Shown one piece after another: positions 10,606 to 20,414 of a stretch of 32,000 bases of DNA. The number at the start of each line of letters is the position of its first letter. Position 1 is the first letter of the stretch. A model generated the notes under the pieces. That model saw only the letters and a program-made list of their open reading frames with translations. It did not search any database and had not been told where the DNA came from. Source of the stretch: Prochlorococcus marinus subsp. pastoris str. CCMP1986 (GTDB lineage Bacteria; Cyanobacteriota; Cyanobacteriia; PCC-6307; Cyanobiaceae); the NCBI RefSeq assembly GCF_000011465.1, contig NC_005072.1:1380001-1412000 (forward strand). The letters run 5' to 3'. The translations under genes and the position numbers were made by a program.

Positions 10606-11331
10606 CTAATGATGTTCTTCTACGGCTTCTCCTATGTAGTAAGCAGCAAGTGTAGCAAAGATTAATGCTTGAATTGCACTTGTGAACAACCCTAGAAACA
10701 TTACAGGAATGGGTAAAACCAGGGGAACTAGAAAAACTAAAACACCAACAACAAGTTCATCAGCAAGAATATTTCCAAAAAGCCTAAAGGATAAAGATAA
10801 AGGTTTAGTAAAGTCTTCTAGAATCTTAAAAGGCAACATTATAGGTGTTGGATGAACATAATATTCAAAATATCTCCAACCCTTATTACTAAGCCCAGCA
10901 TAGAAATAGGATAGAGAAACTAACAATGCCAATGCAATCGTTGTATTAATGTCAGCTGTTGGAGCTCCTAATTCTCCACTTGGTAATTTTATTAATCTCC
11001 AAGGTATAAGCGCTCCTCCCCAATTACTTACAAACACAAATAAGAATAGAGTTCCTATAAAAGGCATCCAATCTCTATAAACTTTTTCACCAATTTGAGT
11101 TCTTGAAAGATCTCTGATGTAGTCCCATAAAAATTCAAGTAAATTCTGCAATCCCTTAGGATCATTTTCCATTTTTTTTGTCCCTACAGAGATGAAAACT
11201 AATAAAGCACCTAATAGGATCCAAGAAGTTAAAAAAACTTGTCCGTGAAGTCTTATATTTCCAATTTGCCAATAAAGATGTTGACCTACTTCTAATGCGG
11301 CAAAATTTGTTGGCAAGGAGTTTAAGAACAT
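10606..11331 (-). CDS. atpB: F0 ATP synthase subunit a (atpI in cyanobacterial nomenclature)
   Basis: 241 aa polytopic protein with the conserved Arg context [15 protein letters not shown]. Confidence 0.95.
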   Translation of the reverse strand: MFLNSLPTNFAALEVGQHLYWQIGNIRLHGQVFLTSWILLGALLVFISVGTKKMENDPKGLQNLLEFLWDYIRDLSRTQIGEKVYRDWMPFIGTLFLFVFVSNWGGALIPWRLIKLPSGELGAPTADINTTIALALLVSLSYFYAGLSNKGWRYFEYYVHPTPIMLPFKILEDFTKPLSLSFRLFGNILADELVVGVLVFLVPLVLPIPVMFLGLFTSAIQALIFATLAAYYIGEAVEEHH

Positions 11332-11376
11332 TTTGATTTAAATAAAAATTAATAAATTTTGAAAAGCAAAATTTAT

Positions 11377-11856
11377 TTAAGAACGTGAGAAATAAAATAT
11401 AAGAGAAGGCTTATAAATAAAAAAGCCTATCATTGCTGGAAAAATATCTAAGGATCCTAGCTTGCTTGCAAAAAGAAAGAGGCAAACTGGAACCAATAGT
11501 TGCAATTGAGATACCCCATTAGATTCTTTCCCTATTTTTCCTATGCTTTTAGCAAGCAAACGTAAATAAAAAATACCAGCAATGGCACCTATAAAAACAC
11601 TAAAACCAAAAGTATACCCAATTATAATTCCTGTTATAGATGCTACTAAAATGGCAACGATAAAAGTAATACCAAAAATTGTTATTTGCAATTTAGTGTA
11701 TTCATCATTTTTTGAAAATAATTTTTGGAATTGACTTGCAAAAACTAATTTAATTTTATTAATGAAAGAATTATCCTGGGTAGGGGAATCATGAACATTC
11801 TTATCGGGAAGATGCTCAACAATTTTTTTTCTATTTGAGTCCACTGATGTGAACAT
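11377..11856 (-). CDS. atpI: ATP synthase protein I (atp1, first gene of the operon)
   Basis: 159-aa hydrophobic protein immediately upstream of subunit a (45-nt gap), in the position of cyanobacterial atp1. ATG start. Confidence 0.7.
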   Translation of the reverse strand: MFTSVDSNRKKIVEHLPDKNVHDSPTQDNSFINKIKLVFASQFQKLFSKNDEYTKLQITIFGITFIVAILVASITGIIIGYTFGFSVFIGAIAGIFYLRLLAKSIGKIGKESNGVSQLQLLVPVCLFLFASKLGSLDIFPAMIGFFIYKPSLIFYFSRS

Positions 11857-12123
11857 AATTTAGAAAACCCCCTTCATAAAGATTTAAGTAAGTATATAAA
11901 CCCACGGAATCTATCATGGGGAGGGGTCTTTTAGCTAGGAATTTTTCGTTTAAAGTCCTAATTCTTAAGAATTGTGATATTTGATATGGATGTTTTTGAA
12001 AAACTAAAAATAAATTGAGTTTTATTAATCAAAATCTAAAAACTTAAATTCACTCAAAAAGTATCAAAAAGACTTGGCAAAGTAGTCATTTAACGTCTCA
12101 ATAGTATATCTACAAACTTTAAA

Positions 12124-13353
12124 TTGGAGATAAGTAAATCAGCTACAAAATTTAATAGTGATTGTAAAAGAAATAGAACTTTTGATTCAATAAACAAACC
12201 TAACTATTTAAAGGCAAATTTCTTACCTATACCTTGGGGAATTTGGCCTTATGAAGGGAAACTTTTACTAATTTTGATAGGTATTTGGTCTGTTTTAGGT
12301 TTATTTATTCTTGGCTCTGCTAGTTGGTGGGTGGCTAGCAAGGAAATGGGGGATTGGGCGTATTATTTAAAAAGACAAATTATTTGGTGTATTCCTGGAT
12401 TAACTTTTTTTTATTTTGTTTTAAATACAAATATTAGAGATCTTTTAAAAATTTCAAAAATTATTTTTTACTTTTTAATTTTCTTGATAATTTTAACAAT
12501 ATTCTTTGGCAGTACAGTTAACGGTTCTTCAAGATGGTTAATTCTAGGTCCTCTACAAATTCAACCATCTGAATTAATAAAACCTTTTTCAATATTGGAA
12601 GGAGCCAACTTATTTGCTCATTGGAATTTAGTTAAAAATAATAGAAAAATTATTTCATTAAGCACCTTTGGGTTTCTAATTTTACTAATAATGAAGCAGC
12701 CAAATTTAAGTACCGCAGGTTTAACAGGAATTCTTTTTTGGGTGATGGGTTTATGTGGGGGAGTTAAATTCAGTTCACTCTTATCAGTAGCTTCATTAGG
12801 AGTTTTAAGTGGTTGTATTAGTATTTTGAGTAATGAGTATCAAAAGCTAAGAGTCATATCATTCATAGATCCTTGGAAAGATTCAGAGGGTAATGGCTAT
12901 CAATTAATTCAGAGTTTACTAGCGATTGGTTCAGGAGGATTATTTGGACAAGGATTTGGGTTATCTACACAAAAATTACAATATTTACCAATTCAAAGCA
13001 CAGATTTCATTTTTGCTATTTTTGCAGAAGAATTTGGTTTATTAGGATCAACATTATTGTTGAGCTTTTTAGCTCTTTTTTCTTATATAAGCTTAAGAAT
13101 CGCTATAAAATGTAGGAATAATTATACAAAGTTAGTTGCTATTGGATGCGTAACCTTAGTTATAGGTCAATCTATAATGCATATAGCTGTGGCAACAGGA
13201 ACAATGCCCACAACTGGGTTACCATTACCTTTTGTAAGTTACGGAGGAAATTCCTTATTGTCCTCATTTTTTGTGATCGGAATGTTGTTAAGGTGTTCTC
13301 TGGAATCAACTGGTCATATAGGCATGATTAGTGCACGAAAGTCTCTTCATTAG
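12124..13353 (+). CDS. ftsW: SEDS-family cell division/peptidoglycan polymerase protein FtsW
   Basis: Multi-TM protein with SEDS signatures (GSGGLFGQGFG, QSTDFIFA, LPLPFVSYGGNSLL). TTG 12124 is the only canonical start upstream of TM1. Confidence 0.85.
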   Translation: MEISKSATKFNSDCKRNRTFDSINKPNYLKANFLPIPWGIWPYEGKLLLILIGIWSVLGLFILGSASWWVASKEMGDWAYYLKRQIIWCIPGLTFFYFVLNTNIRDLLKISKIIFYFLIFLIILTIFFGSTVNGSSRWLILGPLQIQPSELIKPFSILEGANLFAHWNLVKNNRKIISLSTFGFLILLIMKQPNLSTAGLTGILFWVMGLCGGVKFSSLLSVASLGVLSGCISILSNEYQKLRVISFIDPWKDSEGNGYQLIQSLLAIGSGGLFGQGFGLSTQKLQYLPIQSTDFIFAIFAEEFGLLGSTLLLSFLALFSYISLRIAIKCRNNYTKLVAIGCVTLVIGQSIMHIAVATGTMPTTGLPLPFVSYGGNSLLSSFFVIGMLLRCSLESTGHIGMISARKSLH

Positions 13354-13436
13354 TTAGAATTTAGAAGATTTAGATTCCTGTTATCGCCTCAATTAATTTA
13401 TTTGTTTCAGAATTAGCTCAAAAGGGTAATTTACTA

Positions 13437-14093
13437 ATGGAGCAAGGGCTTAATAATCCAGGCCCACTTACCATATTTTTAGTTTTTACTGCAGGCCTTT
13501 TAACAAGTCTTGGTCCATGTTCTTTATCTTTACTACCAATCACAATTGCTTATGTGGGTGGTACTAAGAATAATAAGTTTAAACTTATTAGTTTTTCTGG
13601 AGGGGTAATTTTTTCCCTCATTACATTGGGTGCCTTGAGCGGATTCTTAGGAAAAATATATGGACAATTGCCCTCTTACTACGCATCTTTAGTAGCTTTA
13701 ATAGCAATTATTATGGGCTTAAACTTATTAGGAATTTTAAAATTCCAATTACCTAATGGGCCCGATTTGCAATTTATGGAAGATAAGGTTCCTTCTATAA
13801 TTACTCCTTTTGTAGTAGGTGGAGCTTTTGGTCTTGCCTCTTCACCTTGTATTACTCCAGTACTGGCTACACTCTTAGCATGGGTATCACAAGCAAAAAA
13901 CCCTACAATTTCAATAATTTTTTTATTCTTCTTTGGCCTTGGTCAAGTAACACCATTAATCCTTGCAGGAGCGACAACTGAAAATTTAAAGCAGTTTCTA
14001 GAACTCAGAAAATATAGTCAAGTAATTCCTACTTTAAGTGGGGTATTTTTAGTTTCGCTAGGGATTCTAAATTTAATTTCAAATTGGATCTAA
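13437..14093 (+). CDS. ccdA: Cytochrome c biogenesis thiol-disulfide transporter CcdA (DsbD-family membrane core)
   Basis: 218-aa polytopic protein with the two conserved Cys contexts LGPCSLSLLP and SSPCITPVL. It is directly followed by ccs1. Confidence 0.9.
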   Translation: MEQGLNNPGPLTIFLVFTAGLLTSLGPCSLSLLPITIAYVGGTKNNKFKLISFSGGVIFSLITLGALSGFLGKIYGQLPSYYASLVALIAIIMGLNLLGILKFQLPNGPDLQFMEDKVPSIITPFVVGGAFGLASSPCITPVLATLLAWVSQAKNPTISIIFLFFFGLGQVTPLILAGATTENLKQFLELRKYSQVIPTLSGVFLVSLGILNLISNWI

Positions 14094-15380
14094 ATGGTTA
14101 TTTTTAAGAAATTTATTCTAAAGATATCAAGTTTAAGATTTGCAATACTATTAATAATTTTCATAGCCATTTCAAGTGGAGTTGGAACGTTTATACCTCA
14201 AGGAAATGATCAACAAGAGTATATTGATTTCTACAACGAAACGCCAATATTAGGATTTATTAATGGATCTCAAGTTATAAGACTCCAATTAGATCATATT
14301 TATACGAGTAATTGGTTTTTATTTTCATTAATACTACTTTGTATTTCTCTTGCAGCCTGCAGCTTTAGGAGGCAAATACCGTCTTTAAAAGCAGCCTTAA
14401 AATGGACTGACTATAAAGATGAAAAAAAATTCTACAAACTCGAATTAATAACTAATTACGAAATAATCCAAGATGCAGATCACATTCTAAAAGCTGATTC
14501 TTTACTTAGAAAAAAAGGTTGGAACATTTCCAAATTTGAAAATCGCTTATCAGCAAGAAAAGGCTTAGAAGGAAAACTTGGGCCTATAATTGTCCATATA
14601 GGTTTAATTATTTTATTGATTGGTTCTGCATACGGAAATTTCAGTAGTCAATCTAAAGAACAATATTTGAGATTAGGAGAAAGTTTAGATTTAATAAACG
14701 AGAGTACAAATTCAAGAGTAAAAATAAAATTAAAAAACTTTTTTATTGAACGTGAAAGTGATGGAAAACCAAAGCAATTTATTTCAAATTTAGAATTTTT
14801 TTCGAAACAACAAAATTTGAATGAAATAAAAACAACTCAAGTGAATCAACCTATCAGATTCAAAGGTTTAACTATTTATCAAGCGGATTGGTCAGTTTCA
14901 AATATTGTTATGGAAATTGACAGTGTTCTTTACCAACTCCAACTAAAGCCTATTCCTGAGATAGGAGATCAAATATGGGGGCTTTTAATTGAATTGGGTA
15001 GAGAAAATAAAAAAAATTATCTTTTAACTATAGATAATGAAAATGGTCCACTTAAAGTCTCAAATATTGAAGATTTTTCTGAAAATTTTGTTTATTTAAA
15101 TAATAATCCAATAGAAATTAATTCTTCAAAACTATCTTTAAAAAAAATAATTCCTAGTAGTGGTTTGATTATTAAAAATGATCCTTCAATTCCTTTTATT
15201 TATTTATCATTTACTTTGATAATTGTGGGAACAATCTTAAGTCTTATTCCCACAAATCAAATATGGATCTTATTTAATGAAAATACAAATAAATTATTTA
15301 TTGGTGGTTTAAGTAATAGAAATCTTTTAGGTTTTAAGAAGGAATTTCTAAAATTATCAGATGAAATCAAGAATAATTAA
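14094..15380 (+). CDS. ccs1: System II cytochrome c biogenesis protein Ccs1/ResB
   Basis: ResB-like topology: N-terminal TMs, a large soluble domain and a C-terminal TM. ATG abuts the ccdA stop (TAAATG, 0-nt spacer). Confidence 0.85.
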
Positions 15381-15787
15381 TTTCTTTTCTGTCCACTATA
15401 AATATCTAATTTCATAGAAACATTTCCTCTAGGATTAAAATCAGCGTTTAAATGAATCCAGTGTGGGACTGCTGCTTTTAAAAGATCATCCATAATTCTA
15501 TTTACCACTTCTTCATGTGATATTTTGAGATCTCTAAATTTATTAATATAAAGTTTTAAGGATTTCAACTCATATACTTTCATATTAGGCTGATAGTAGA
15601 TATTTAATTTTGCAAAATCTGGATAACCTGAAAATGGGCATTTACAAGTAAATTCAGGTAACTCAATTGAAATTTCATAAATTCTTTTTTTATTAGGATT
15701 TTCAAAACAAATTATATTTGATTCTTCTATTATTCTTTCTCCGTATAAAGGCTTGTTAGTCGAATCATGTAAATTAGCTGTACCCAT
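15377..15787 (-). CDS. queF: NADPH-dependent 7-cyano-7-deazaguanine (preQ0) reductase, unimodular type
   Basis: Active-site context [15 protein letters not shown] and QueF motif ELKSLKLY. 136 aa. Confidence 0.9.
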
Positions 15788-15902
15788 TTTTTATTCAAAA
15801 ATACCTTTACTAAAACTATATAAAAAGCTAATAATTCGCAAAAAATTAGAATAAACTTAAGTATTACAAATCAATAAGTCAAAGGATATAAAACTTGGTT
15901 TT

Positions 15903-15916
15903 GTATCAATGATAAC
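15903..15916 (+). promoter_or_regulatory. NtcA-like binding site (GTA-N8-AAC, one mismatch to GTA-N8-TAC) upstream of the small ORF and glnB
   Basis: TGTATCAATGATAACA. The site centre is about 41 nt upstream of a point just 3' of the TATAT-rich -10 candidate at 15939-15946, the geometry of NtcA class II promoters. glnB is a classical NtcA target in cyanobacteria. Confidence 0.3.
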
Positions 15917-15966
15917 AATCTTAGTATCGTTAAAAGGGTTTATATGTATTTAGTTTCAAAAAACTT

Positions 15967-16212
15967 ATGGACATCTGTTTGTTAAATATAGACAATAATT
16001 CAAATAAATCTCTAAACCCCACTAGTGTTATTGGAATGTTATGGCTCCAGACGCATTTTGAAGATACTCAATGGGAGGCATTATCAAATAATCAAGTAAT
16101 AATTTCAAAAGAAAACTCTAAGTTACTAGTTAAGGATGCAATTAGCGCTGGTCTAAAGATTAAATCATTTTCTGGAGTTTCAATGCTAGATGTTTTTCAA
16201 AAAAAGAATTAA
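15967..16212 (+). CDS. Small hypothetical protein (81 aa) immediately upstream of glnB
   Basis: ATG-initiated ORF ending 24 nt before the glnB ATG on the same strand. No recognisable domain. An NtcA-like box sits upstream (see findings). Confidence 0.4.
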   Translation: MDICLLNIDNNSNKSLNPTSVIGMLWLQTHFEDTQWEALSNNQVIISKENSKLLVKDAISAGLKIKSFSGVSMLDVFQKKN

Positions 16213-16218
16213 GATTAA

Positions 16219-16575
<357 letters not shown>

Positions 16576-17388
16576 TTAAAGAGTTTCTTTTACTAAATTT
16601 TCTATAAATTTAGTATTTATTATTGGATTAGAAATCCCAAACTTAGACATCCAAGCTAGATATTCATGATTTCCTGCGGGTCCAACTAAAGGCGAAGCTA
16701 CAAGACCTTGAATATTCCATTGCAATTGATTTGCTGCATTAATAACTGACTCAATAGCCTCAATATGATATTCAGCTTTTCTTACAACGCCCCCTTTACT
16801 TACTCGATCTTTCCCTACTTCAAATTGAGGTTTAATAAGAAATATTCCCTCTATAAAATCTCCTGATAATAAATTATTAATAGGTTGTAAAACTAACTTT
16901 AGTGAAATAAAAGATAAATCTACTACAACAAAATTTGGTAATAAACTTTCTTCAGAATAGATATCTAAAGGCTTTAAATTTCTAATATTTGATCTTTCAA
17001 AGAGTTTCACTTTTGGATTTTTCCTTAGTTTCCAAGCCGTTTGACCATAACCTACATCAATCCCATAAACCATTTTCGCTCCTTGTTGCAACAAGCAATC
17101 AGTAAATCCTCCAGTAGAAATTCCTGCATCTATACAAACTCTATCTTTAACATTAATCTTTAATTTTTTAAAAGCCTCCAGTAATTTTTCTCCTCCTCTC
17201 GATACAAATTGAGGTTCAGATTCAATAATAAATTCAGTTCCTATTAAAACTTGTTGACCAGGTTTATCGAAAATCTTACCATTGATATCTTTAACCTTTC
17301 CTGCAAGAATTAGCCCCTGTGCTTTCTGACGAGTCTCGCATAAACCTTTGTAAATAAGATAAAGATCTAGCCTACTTTTTTTAATCAT
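16576..17388 (-). CDS. tlyA: TlyA-family rRNA 2'-O-ribose methyltransferase (S4 domain + FtsJ-type SAM methyltransferase)
   Basis: N-terminal S4-like RLDLYLIYKGLCETRQKAQGLILAGKV, then SAM-binding DAGISTGGFTDCLLQQGA. 270 aa. Confidence 0.85.
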   Translation of the reverse strand: MIKKSRLDLYLIYKGLCETRQKAQGLILAGKVKDINGKIFDKPGQQVLIGTEFIIESEPQFVSRGGEKLLEAFKKLKINVKDRVCIDAGISTGGFTDCLLQQGAKMVYGIDVGYGQTAWKLRKNPKVKLFERSNIRNLKPLDIYSEESLLPNFVVVDLSFISLKLVLQPINNLLSGDFIEGIFLIKPQFEVGKDRVSKGGVVRKAEYHIEAIESVINAANQLQWNIQGLVASPLVGPAGNHEYLAWMSKFGISNPIINTKFIENLVKETL

Positions 17389-17681
17389 TTGCTCTAAAAA
17401 GGTAACTTTAAAAAATAATTACTGGCTATTTTCAAATTATATTTTTGAAACATAATGCTAATTTAAAATTTTATTAAAAACAAAATACCTACTAGTTATA
17501 AAGATAATCCAATCGCAAGATTTAGACATTTTTCAAAATGAAAAGATATTTACAAATCCAAAAGCTTTTATTTATGACAATAATACTTATACAAATATGT
17601 TCAATGGCAAGTAGAACTTTTACGTATAGAGCAATTATGAGATTTTAGTTATAAAGTTTAAATTGAAGATGTTTAAAAATT

Positions 17682-18977
17682 GTGATTGAACGTTACACAT
17701 TACCCGAAATGGGAAGAATCTGGACTGAAAATGCAAAATTCCAGAGTTGGCTTAAAGTTGAAATTGCAGCATGCGAGGCAAATTGTACTCTTGGAAAAAT
17801 GCCTGAAGCTGCGTTAAAAGAAATTCGTTTAAATGCAAAATTTGAAGAATCAAGAATTAAAGAAATCGAGAAAGAAGTAAAACATGATGTAATTGCATTT
17901 CTAACAAATATCAATGAATATGTTGGAGATTCCGGAAGATACATTCATGTTGGAATGACTAGCAGCGATATCCTTGATACAGGCCTCTCATTACAGCTAA
18001 AAGATTCCTGCGAATTGTTATTAGAGGAAATTGAAAAACTAGAAAATGAGGTCAGATCATTAGCAAGAAAGCATAAAAATACTTTAATGATTGGCAGATC
18101 CCATGCAATTCACGGAGAGCCTATTTCATTTGGATTTAAATTGGCAGGATGGTTAGCAGAAATATTAAGAGATAAAAAAAGATTATTAATCCTTAAAGAA
18201 TCTATTTCCATTGGACAAATAAGTGGAGCAATGGGAACTTACGCTAATACAAACCCAGAAATAGAAAAAATTACTTGCGAGTTGCTGGGTTTAAAACCAG
18301 ATACAGCAAGTACTCAGGTTATATCAAGAGATAGACATGCTGAATATGTTCAAACAATAGCGTTAATAGGAGCTTCACTTGATAGGTTTGCTACTGAGAT
18401 AAGGAACCTTCAGAGAACAGATGTTTTAGAAGTCGAAGAAGGATTTTCAAAAGGGCAAAAAGGAAGCTCAGCTATGCCTCATAAAAGAAACCCTATTCGT
18501 AGTGAAAGGGTTAGCGGTTTATCTAGAATTTTGAGGAGTTATGTTGTAACAGCTCTTGAGAATGTTCCGCTTTGGCACGAGAGAGATATTAGCCATAGTT
18601 CTAATGAGCGTATCATGTTACCCGATGTATCTATATGCCTACATTTTATGCTTAGAGAAATGAAAGAAATTATAAATAATTTAAAAGTTTATCCGGACAA
18701 TATGCTCAAAAATTTAAATATATATGGGGGAGTAATTTTTAGTCAGAAAGTTTTACTTTTACTTGTTGAAAAGGGTATGTCTAGGGAAAAGGCTTATAGC
18801 TTGGTACAAAAAAGTGCTCATCAAGCTTGGAATAATGAGAATGGTAATTTCAAGGAAAATATTGAGGGGGACCAAGAGATAATGACATTAGTTTCTGAGA
18901 ATGATTTAAAGGTATGCTTTGACCCCTCAATCCACCTCAACAATTTAAATGTAATATGGGATAAGTTAAGTATTTAA
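17682..18977 (+). CDS. purB: Adenylosuccinate lyase
   Basis: N-terminus IERYTLPEM and fumarate-lyase signature GSSAMPHKRNP. 431 aa. GTG start at 17682. Confidence 0.95.
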   Translation: MIERYTLPEMGRIWTENAKFQSWLKVEIAACEANCTLGKMPEAALKEIRLNAKFEESRIKEIEKEVKHDVIAFLTNINEYVGDSGRYIHVGMTSSDILDTGLSLQLKDSCELLLEEIEKLENEVRSLARKHKNTLMIGRSHAIHGEPISFGFKLAGWLAEILRDKKRLLILKESISIGQISGAMGTYANTNPEIEKITCELLGLKPDTASTQVISRDRHAEYVQTIALIGASLDRFATEIRNLQRTDVLEVEEGFSKGQKGSSAMPHKRNPIRSERVSGLSRILRSYVVTALENVPLWHERDISHSSNERIMLPDVSICLHFMLREMKEIINNLKVYPDNMLKNLNIYGGVIFSQKVLLLLVEKGMSREKAYSLVQKSAHQAWNNENGNFKENIEGDQEIMTLVSENDLKVCFDPSIHLNNLNVIWDKLSI

Positions 18978-19017
18978 ATCCCTAAATATTATTTGAAGTT
19001 TAACCACATTTTTTTTG

Positions 19018-20403
19018 ATGACCAAGAACTTTAGATTTGAAAAAGATAGTATGGGACAGATAAAAGTTCCTTCAGAGGCTTTGTGGGGAGCCCAAACGCA
19101 GAGATCAATTATAAATTTTTCTATTGGTGAGGAGTTAATTCCAATTGAATTAATTTATTCACTTACGGTTATAAAAAGAGCAGCCGCAATTTCTAATTTC
19201 AAATTGGGTTTAATAAATAATGTAAAAAAAGATCTCATTATTGAAGCCTGTACAGAAATCCTTGATGGGAAACATGATTCTCAATTCCCCTTAAAAATAT
19301 GGCAAACAGGTAGTGGTACACAAACAAATATGAATATCAATGAAGTCATATCTAATATTGCTGCGTTAAAAACAAATTCAGGACTTGGAAGTCATCATCC
19401 TATTCATCCAAATGATGATGTTAATAAATCGCAGTCTACAAATGATACTTTTCCTGCGGCTATTCAGATATCTGTTGTTACTCAAATAATTAAAAAATTA
19501 GTTCCATCAATAAAGGAACTTACTAAGGTTCTTGATAGTAAGAGTAATAAATGGAAAGATCTTATAAAAATAGGTAGAACTCATTTTCAAGATGCAGTGC
19601 CAATTTCCCTTGGTCAAGAAGTTTCTGCATGGTCAAAACAACTAAAGGACGCTGAAGATGCTCTGATAATTAGTCTTAATGAATTATGTTTCTTACCACT
19701 AGGTGGTACGGCAGTTGGTACAGGTATTAATTGTCCAAAAGATTTTTCAAAAGAATCTATAAAATCAATTTCAGAATATACTGGTTTATTTTTTTATAAG
19801 TCAAAGAATCATTTCTCTTTAATGGCATCTCATGATCGATTAGCCCAAGTAATGGGTCAAATAAAAATCCTAGCAAGTGCATTATTTAAGATTTCTAATG
19901 ATATTAAAATATTGTCCTCAGGACCTAGATCTGGCATTTATGAATTAATAATTCCCAAAAATGAACCAGGGAGCTCAATCATGCCTGGGAAAGTTAATCC
20001 AACCCAATGTGAAGCATTATCAATGGTATGCACTCAAGTAATGGGTTTTGAATACGCAGTATCAATAGCTAATGCCAGCGGCACTTTACAAATGAATGAA
20101 TATAAGCCACTAATTGGATTTAATATTCTCACGAGTATAAAATTACTGAATCATGCGATAAGTAACTTCAGACTAAAATTAGTTGAAGGGATACAACCAA
20201 ACCCAAAAACTATAAAAGCTAATCTTGAAAATTCACTAATGCTTGTAACTGCATTGGTTCCCAAAATAGGTTATGAAAAAGCAGCAGAAATTGCGAATCT
20301 TGCTTTTAATGAATCAATCAACTTAAAAGAAGCAACAATAAAATTAGGTTACTTAACTGCTAATGAATTTGAGGATGCTATAAATACTAATAAAATGATT
20401 TAA
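19018..20403 (+). CDS. fumC: Class II fumarate hydratase
   Basis: KVPSEALWGAQTQRS N-terminal motif and GSSIMPGKVNP signature. ATG 19018 is preferred over the adjacent in-frame TTG 19015 used by the ORF track. Confidence 0.95.
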   Translation: MTKNFRFEKDSMGQIKVPSEALWGAQTQRSIINFSIGEELIPIELIYSLTVIKRAAAISNFKLGLINNVKKDLIIEACTEILDGKHDSQFPLKIWQTGSGTQTNMNINEVISNIAALKTNSGLGSHHPIHPNDDVNKSQSTNDTFPAAIQISVVTQIIKKLVPSIKELTKVLDSKSNKWKDLIKIGRTHFQDAVPISLGQEVSAWSKQLKDAEDALIISLNELCFLPLGGTAVGTGINCPKDFSKESIKSISEYTGLFFYKSKNHFSLMASHDRLAQVMGQIKILASALFKISNDIKILSSGPRSGIYELIIPKNEPGSSIMPGKVNPTQCEALSMVCTQVMGFEYAVSIANASGTLQMNEYKPLIGFNILTSIKLLNHAISNFRLKLVEGIQPNPKTIKANLENSLMLVTALVPKIGYEKAAEIANLAFNESINLKEATIKLGYLTANEFEDAINTNKMI

Positions 20404-20414
20404 TTGAACTACTT

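Noticed and set aside
10480-10665. 61-aa plus-strand ORF spanning the atp a/c spacer and the 3' end of subunit a.
   Set aside because: It overlaps the subunit-a coding region antisense and runs through the hairpin element. It has no motif. It is more parsimoniously explained as chance in a spacer transcribed from the other strand.
11831-11917. 28-codon upstream ORF (ATG directly after the CCCCTCCCC tract, minus strand) overlapping the atp1 start out of frame.
   Set aside because: It has no SD, no recognisable peptide features, and is short enough to be chance. It is noted only because it could matter if the leader structure hypothesis is tested.
11962-11969. Possible recurring motif TCTTAAGA, also seen at about 20594, 23173-23180 and about 24732, suggesting a shared regulatory word in divergent promoters.
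   Set aside because: Two of the four copies are inside coding regions. My rough expectation for this AT-rich 8-mer in 32 kb is about one to two copies, so the excess is not convincing.
15788-15966. Looked for a preQ1 riboswitch in the queF leader (minus strand) and for a glutamine (glnA-motif/Downstream-peptide) riboswitch ahead of the small ORF and glnB (plus strand).
   Set aside because: I found neither the preQ1-I hairpin plus A-rich tail with its conserved C-rich core, nor GGAAGUAGG/GGAACG-type glutamine-riboswitch blocks. The region is almost pure A/T with no convincing stems.
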